Shown piece by piece: positions 33,612-37,914 of a stretch of 37,914 nt of DNA. The translations under genes and the position numbers were made by a program. Under the pieces are notes generated by a model, which ran no database searches, was not told the origin of the DNA, and worked only from the letters and a program-made list of their open reading frames with translations. Every line of letters begins with the position of its first letter. The stretch's first letter is position 1. The DNA comes from Macrostomum lignano. Its lineage: Eukaryota. The stretch covers positions 1 through 37,914 of the forward strand of contig NIVC01004156.1 of the NCBI GenBank assembly GCA_002269645.1, read 5' to 3'.

Positions 33612-34688
33612 ATGACAGCAGACTCAGAGAATCACTCCGGCTGGCGGCTGACCGAAGCGGACGCCCTCGAGCTGCTGGCTCGGCGCCAGAGATTTCGCCG
33701 CCTCCTGCACCGCTGCTGCTGTCGCCGTCCCGACGGCAACCAGGACGAAGCCGCCGCGCCGTCTGGCGTTCGGCTGGTCCACGGCGAGGCCTTCGTGTGC
33801 ACCCTGGCCAGCTGGTACGAGCGGCACAGCCTGCAGGACCGCCTGCTTCCCTGCCCGGAGGAGGAGCTCCACGGCGAGGACGACTGCCGACTGGTTGGCG
33901 ACCGGCGATCGGCGAGGCAGCAGCTGCTGCGGCGCTGCCTTCAGGATGACCCGGTGCCGGCCAGCAGCTGGGAGGCGAAGCGGCCGATCCCGGCGGCCTT
34001 CACCGAGGCGGAGGCGGCCGTCCCGCTGCCTGGCCGGGTCGGCCGGCCGGCCGCCTGTCCGAGCTGCCACGGCGTCGGCTACTCGAACTGCCGCCGGTGC
34101 AGGCGCAAAGGTCACGTGACCTGCCCCGGCTGCCACGGCGGCGGCGGAGGCGGCGGAGGCGGCGGCGACTCTCACCGCTGCTTCGTCTGCGCTGGCAGGG
34201 GCAGCGTCCGGTGTCCGGCCTGCGGAGGCCGAGTGTCCGGCGTCGAGTGCGGCCGCTGCGCCGGCGCCGGCCAGCTAGTGCCGAGCCGCTGGCTGCAGGC
34301 GACCTGGTCGGTGACCATCGACAGCGCGTTGCTGACGGCGGCCGGGCTGCCGGCCGGGCTGCTGGCCGAGGCGAACGGCCGGCCGGTGCATCGTCAGGTG
34401 GGGCCGCGGGTCGCCCTGAGCGAGTCCCGGTTCCCCCTGGGCCTGGTTCTGGCCGCTGAGGTCCTGACCAACCGGCACTTGGCCACCGAGGCTGGCGACT
34501 CGAACTGCCGGCTGCTGCTGCAGCGGCTCACCGTCCGCCTCGTGCCCGTCTGCGCCTGCGAGTTCAGCTGCGGCCGCCGCCTGTTTGTCTATGGCTGCGA
34601 CCGCCGCCTGCACTGGGAGAGGCGGCCGGAGCCGCCGCCGCCGCCTCCTCCGTCGGCCGAGTCAGCGACCGCCTGCGCCATCTTGTGA
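33612..34688 (+). CDS. SSUH2: SSUH2-like protein with six CxxCxGxG-type (DnaJ-like) zinc motifs and a C-terminal CaaX, about 358 aa
   Basis: Single-exon ORF from ATG 33612. Motifs CPSCHGVG, CRRCRRKG, CPGCHGGG, CFVCAGRG, CPACGGR and CGRCAGAG with no J-domain. C-terminal LLLQRLTVRLVPV...LFVYGCDRRLHW resembles SSUH2. Ends CAIL-stop. Upstream exons are possible. Confidence 0.75.
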   Translation: MTADSENHSGWRLTEADALELLARRQRFRRLLHRCCCRRPDGNQDEAAAPSGVRLVHGEAFVCTLASWYERHSLQDRLLPCPEEELHGEDDCRLVGDRRSARQQLLRRCLQDDPVPASSWEAKRPIPAAFTEAEAAVPLPGRVGRPAACPSCHGVGYSNCRRCRRKGHVTCPGCHGGGGGGGGGGDSHRCFVCAGRGSVRCPACGGRVSGVECGRCAGAGQLVPSRWLQATWSVTIDSALLTAAGLPAGLLAEANGRPVHRQVGPRVALSESRFPLGLVLAAEVLTNRHLATEAGDSNCRLLLQRLTVRLVPVCACEFSCGRRLFVYGCDRRLHWERRPEPPPPPPPSAESATACAIL

Positions 34689-35114
34689 CCCCGGCTGACC
34701 CGCCACCTCCGACCCCCCGCGAGCGAAGCTCCCCAATCTCTTTCCCAGCCAGCCGCAATCGCATGGCGGGGATCTGGCTGGGGGGGGGGGGGGGCGGCCG
34801 CTCAGTTCTCCACTGAATTCTCCCTGCTATCACCGAATTCCGATCGATCAAAGCGGCCGTGCAAATCGATCAGTTTTGTCAGCCGGCTTTCGGGGCCGGT
34901 GACGCCAGTTTAGAATATTTTTTGTGATGTCCTAGAGACTCCCAACCAGATTTTTTTCTGTTGAAAATATTTTCTTAATATTATAAACTGTACAGACTGG
35001 CTTTGTGGGTAAATATAGATTTTTCTGAGTGGAGTGAACAGCCTTTGAAAGTGGGACTCGATCTTTAATTATTTAATCATAAAACTGACCGCTTGGTCTT
35101 ATGACTCGCAAATG

Positions 35115-35672
35115 GCTGTTAGACTGGCTTTTAAGCTGTTAGACTGGCTGTTAGACTGGCTGTTAGACTAGCTGTTAGACTGGCTGTTATATTGGCTGTT
35201 AAGCTGTTAGACTGGCTGTTAGACTAGACTGGCTGTTAGACTGGCTGTTAGACTAGACTGGCTGTTAGACTGGCTGTTAGACTGGCTGTTAGACTGGCTG
35301 TTAGACTAGCTGTTAGACTGGCTGTTATATTGGCTGTTAAGCTGTTAGACTGGCTGTTAGACTGGCTGTTAGACTAGCTGTTAGACTGGCTGTTATATTG
35401 GCTGTTAAGCTGTTAGACTGGCTGTTAGACTGGCTGTTAGACTGGCTGTTAGACTGGCTGTTAGACTGGCTGTTAGACTGGCTGTTAGACTGGCTGTTAA
35501 GCTGTTAGACTGGCTGTTAGACTGGCTGTTAGACTGGCTGTTAGACTGGCTGTTAGACTGGCTGTTAGACTGGCTGTTAGACTGGCTGTTAGACTGGCTG
35601 TTAGACTGGCTGTTAGACTGGCTGTTAGACTGGCTGTTAGACTGGCTGTTAGACTGGCTGTTAGACTGGCTG
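35115..35672. repeat. 12-bp minisatellite, about 45 copies
   Basis: Unit ACTGGCTGTTAG with a recurring GTTATATTGGCTGTTAAGCT variant block. Confidence 0.96.
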
Positions 35673-37871
35673 ACTAACAATGTTACTCAAAAAAGCAGAG
35701 GCCCTCAGAAGCGCAGGCAAAGTCTAAAGAAAAGGGTCTAATGGCCCATCTGGCCCAGAGCCCCGGCTCTGTGATTTTCCAACTCGGACAAACTCGGAAA
35801 GGGCAGCTTTTATGCCCCGACTGCCGAGTTGAAGGGGGGCTTCTCTGCATTGAAATTGCATCCTTAATGCGGCCTGGGTCGGGCAGCTCGCCCCCCCCCC
35901 CGGCCCCATCCTGCACTTTTTGCCTCTCCCTGAGTCTCCAGCTCATCTTCAATGCTGCGGCGACCCGGCCGCTTGGCTCTCGGCTGCCACAAAAAAGCAA
36001 TTCAGTCATTTATGCAGAAGCAGAAAGAGCCAAGCAAAGAAGGTTCTGAGCTTCCCCACTCGCACTTATCACTCACTCCATTGAGTCTCCAGCTTTCAAT
36101 CCGCAGTTTCCACTCGGACTGGGCTGCAGGGCCATGGAGAGCTTGAACGAGGATCATGGATTGCCGACTCCATAGTTTCAGTCAGACGATCGCGCGGTGT
36201 CATTTTTACTCAAGAATTGTTTGAATTGCTTGAAACAATGTTTTCAGCAGGCTGCTCTCATTTTAAACACATAAACACTAACTCGAAACTTGTCTATCAA
36301 CTGCGCAAGGTTTCCAATCCAGATTGTCTGGTTTAGGCGTCCTTGGCCGCAGTTCAATTCCCACTCATTTCTCTTCTGGCTGCTTCTAGAAGAGGAAATC
36401 GAAAGCAAAAGTGTCCGCCCGGAGGACGGGCCGGCCGGCACTCGACAATTTTTTACGCCTCGGCAATTTTTTCGCACGTTTCTCAACCGAGCGAATTTTG
36501 GTGAGTCGAGCTGGCGATAATCGTTACACATTTTGCTGAGCTCAGGCTCAGGCCAGTGCCGCTGCTGTCTTCTTCAATCATTCACGCCTTGTGGGAGCAG
36601 CTTCTTAGCGAGGCTATTCTCCCATTTTGAGCGTTCTGGGCCCTAGAAATTTAATAACCTCTTCAACAGCAGATGAGTTGCATGAGTTGCATGAATAGAT
36701 TCAAAATTGCATGAGTCTATTAAGTCCGCTAGAGAAGCTCCGTTCAAGTCTCGCAAATTAGAATTTGTTGGAGTGAAATTATAGTTAATTTCGATACATA
36801 TCGGTAGATATATCATAGGCCAGGCTCTAAAACGGAGACACCTTTAGTTATTCTGGGGTGGGCGGTTGTGCAGTCGGAGGACCTGCCAGACGCCAGAGGT
36901 GGTCGAGACCATCCTGTTGTACGCTGTGCCTTGATTTCCCAGCTGACTGACCCCATTCTGAAAATTAGGGAAATCCCCAAGAAACATGCTGAAGCGAAGT
37001 GCCGCAGGATGGCATGCATGGGTGTACAAACTGAATGCATGGTGGGTCCGCATCTATCGCTACTTTTCTGCGAAACCGGACGAGACCGGAAGATCAGATA
37101 GGACCAGCGATCGCTCACTGCCTAAGTGGCGAACCTCAGCTCAATTCAGCTCTGATTCTCCTTGCCATCTCTCAATTTCTTGCCCCAACCCCCTCTCTCG
37201 CTTCTGCAGATTCTGCAACATCGGTTCCGCTCTGCTGTCCTTCTCTGTCTCTCTCAGCTTAAGCCCCAGCCGTCTTCATTTTCGCAGATCTCCGAGTCCC
37301 GGGAAAACTAAGTTAGTGGCCGGCCGATTCTGTCCTCGCTCGCTTTTCTGGTCGTCTCCCCAACTGCAATTAGGCTCGGCGCAAGCAGCCTCTTCTTCTG
37401 GGCAGGGGGAGGGGGCAAAATCTCCCGCCTCTTCCGGCATTCTCTATTCCATCTGCCCGCCCACCCCGTGTCAATAGAGTGAGTGGCCGGCTTTGCTTTT
37501 GCGTTTTTGGCCGCTTTTTCGTCCGGCTGCTTTCTGCCTGGCTGAAAATGAAGATCAGCATCCTGTGTAAGAGAGGCCGGGCCCGCAGGAAGCGCGGGAG
37601 TGCCAGGCCAGTGTCAGGCAGACTGCCGTTGCATTGGCCTCCTCATGGGGGTCCGCGACAGGCCCTCAGAGCAAGCTGAAGTTATAAAGCATAAGATGCC
37701 AAACAATCTGCACTAAACAAGTGCTACTCCTCCTGAGGCTGATCAAATCATGTCTTGGACATCTCATGTCCAAGATTACCAGTATAATTTTACTTCAATT
37801 TCCCAGCACTGCTACTAATGAGTAAACTGCTGAGAATGTTCAACTTATTACATTTGCATTCTCCACAATTG

Positions 37872-37914
37872 TGTTTAGTGTCTTTGTGTTTAGTGTCTTA
37901 CTGTCTGTCTGTCT
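37872..37914. repeat. Start of another (TCTG)n / TTAGTGTCT microsatellite, truncated by the window end
   Basis: TGTGTTTAGTGTCTTTGTGTTTAGTGTCTTACTGTCTGTCTGTCT is the reverse orientation of the AGACACTAA/CAGA family. Confidence 0.75.

Noticed and set aside
32725-33613. 271-aa and 286-aa ORFs with 13-aa repeats
   Set aside because: Translation of the 39-bp array, which has no codon-position variation.
1122-34851. Antisense and alternative-frame ORFs overlapping real exons (e.g. 3637-4038, 15770-16300, 29390-29965)
   Set aside because: Expected shadow ORFs of GC-rich coding sequence.
1-35672. Regular 20-44-bp repeats as possible CRISPR arrays
   Set aside because: Units are head-to-tail with no unique spacers, there are no cas genes, and the context is eukaryotic and intron-containing.
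35683-37679. ORFs of 60-160 aa on both strands
   Set aside because: No recognisable domains, and they lack the GC3-rich codon style of the real exons here.
1-37914. Spliced-leader RNA gene or autonomous transposon/retroelement ORF
   Set aside because: No SL exon followed by a donor and Sm site, and no RT, integrase or transposase motifs, were seen by eye.

Overview
Eukaryotic (metazoan) genomic DNA with GC-rich exons and canonical GT-AG introns. About 28 tandem arrays fill most introns and intergenic spacers. This style suggests the free-living flatworm Macrostomum lignano (inference, not proven). Eight intron-resolved protein-coding genes were reconstructed by hand, all on the + strand: a 5'-truncated beta-catenin/armadillo paralog, two tandem CUB + C-type lectin single-pass receptors, a polyQ C2H2 zinc-finger gene, TMX2, COPS4 (CSN4), MBOAT7 and an SSUH2-like CxxCxGxG protein. 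An antisense tRNA-headed SINE sits in one receptor intron. The first three genes carry about 9 small indels, while coding sequence from 13858 onward is intact. Most long ORFs in the supplied track are minisatellite artefacts. Top leads: TMX2 lacks a start codon exactly where a flatworm spliced-leader AUG would supply one in frame; the cluster may be an SL-resolved operon; three AATGTACA-core minisatellites abut gene 5' ends; several arrays multiply transcription-factor-like motifs. All coordinates, copy numbers and alignments were done by eye, with human sequences recalled from memory.
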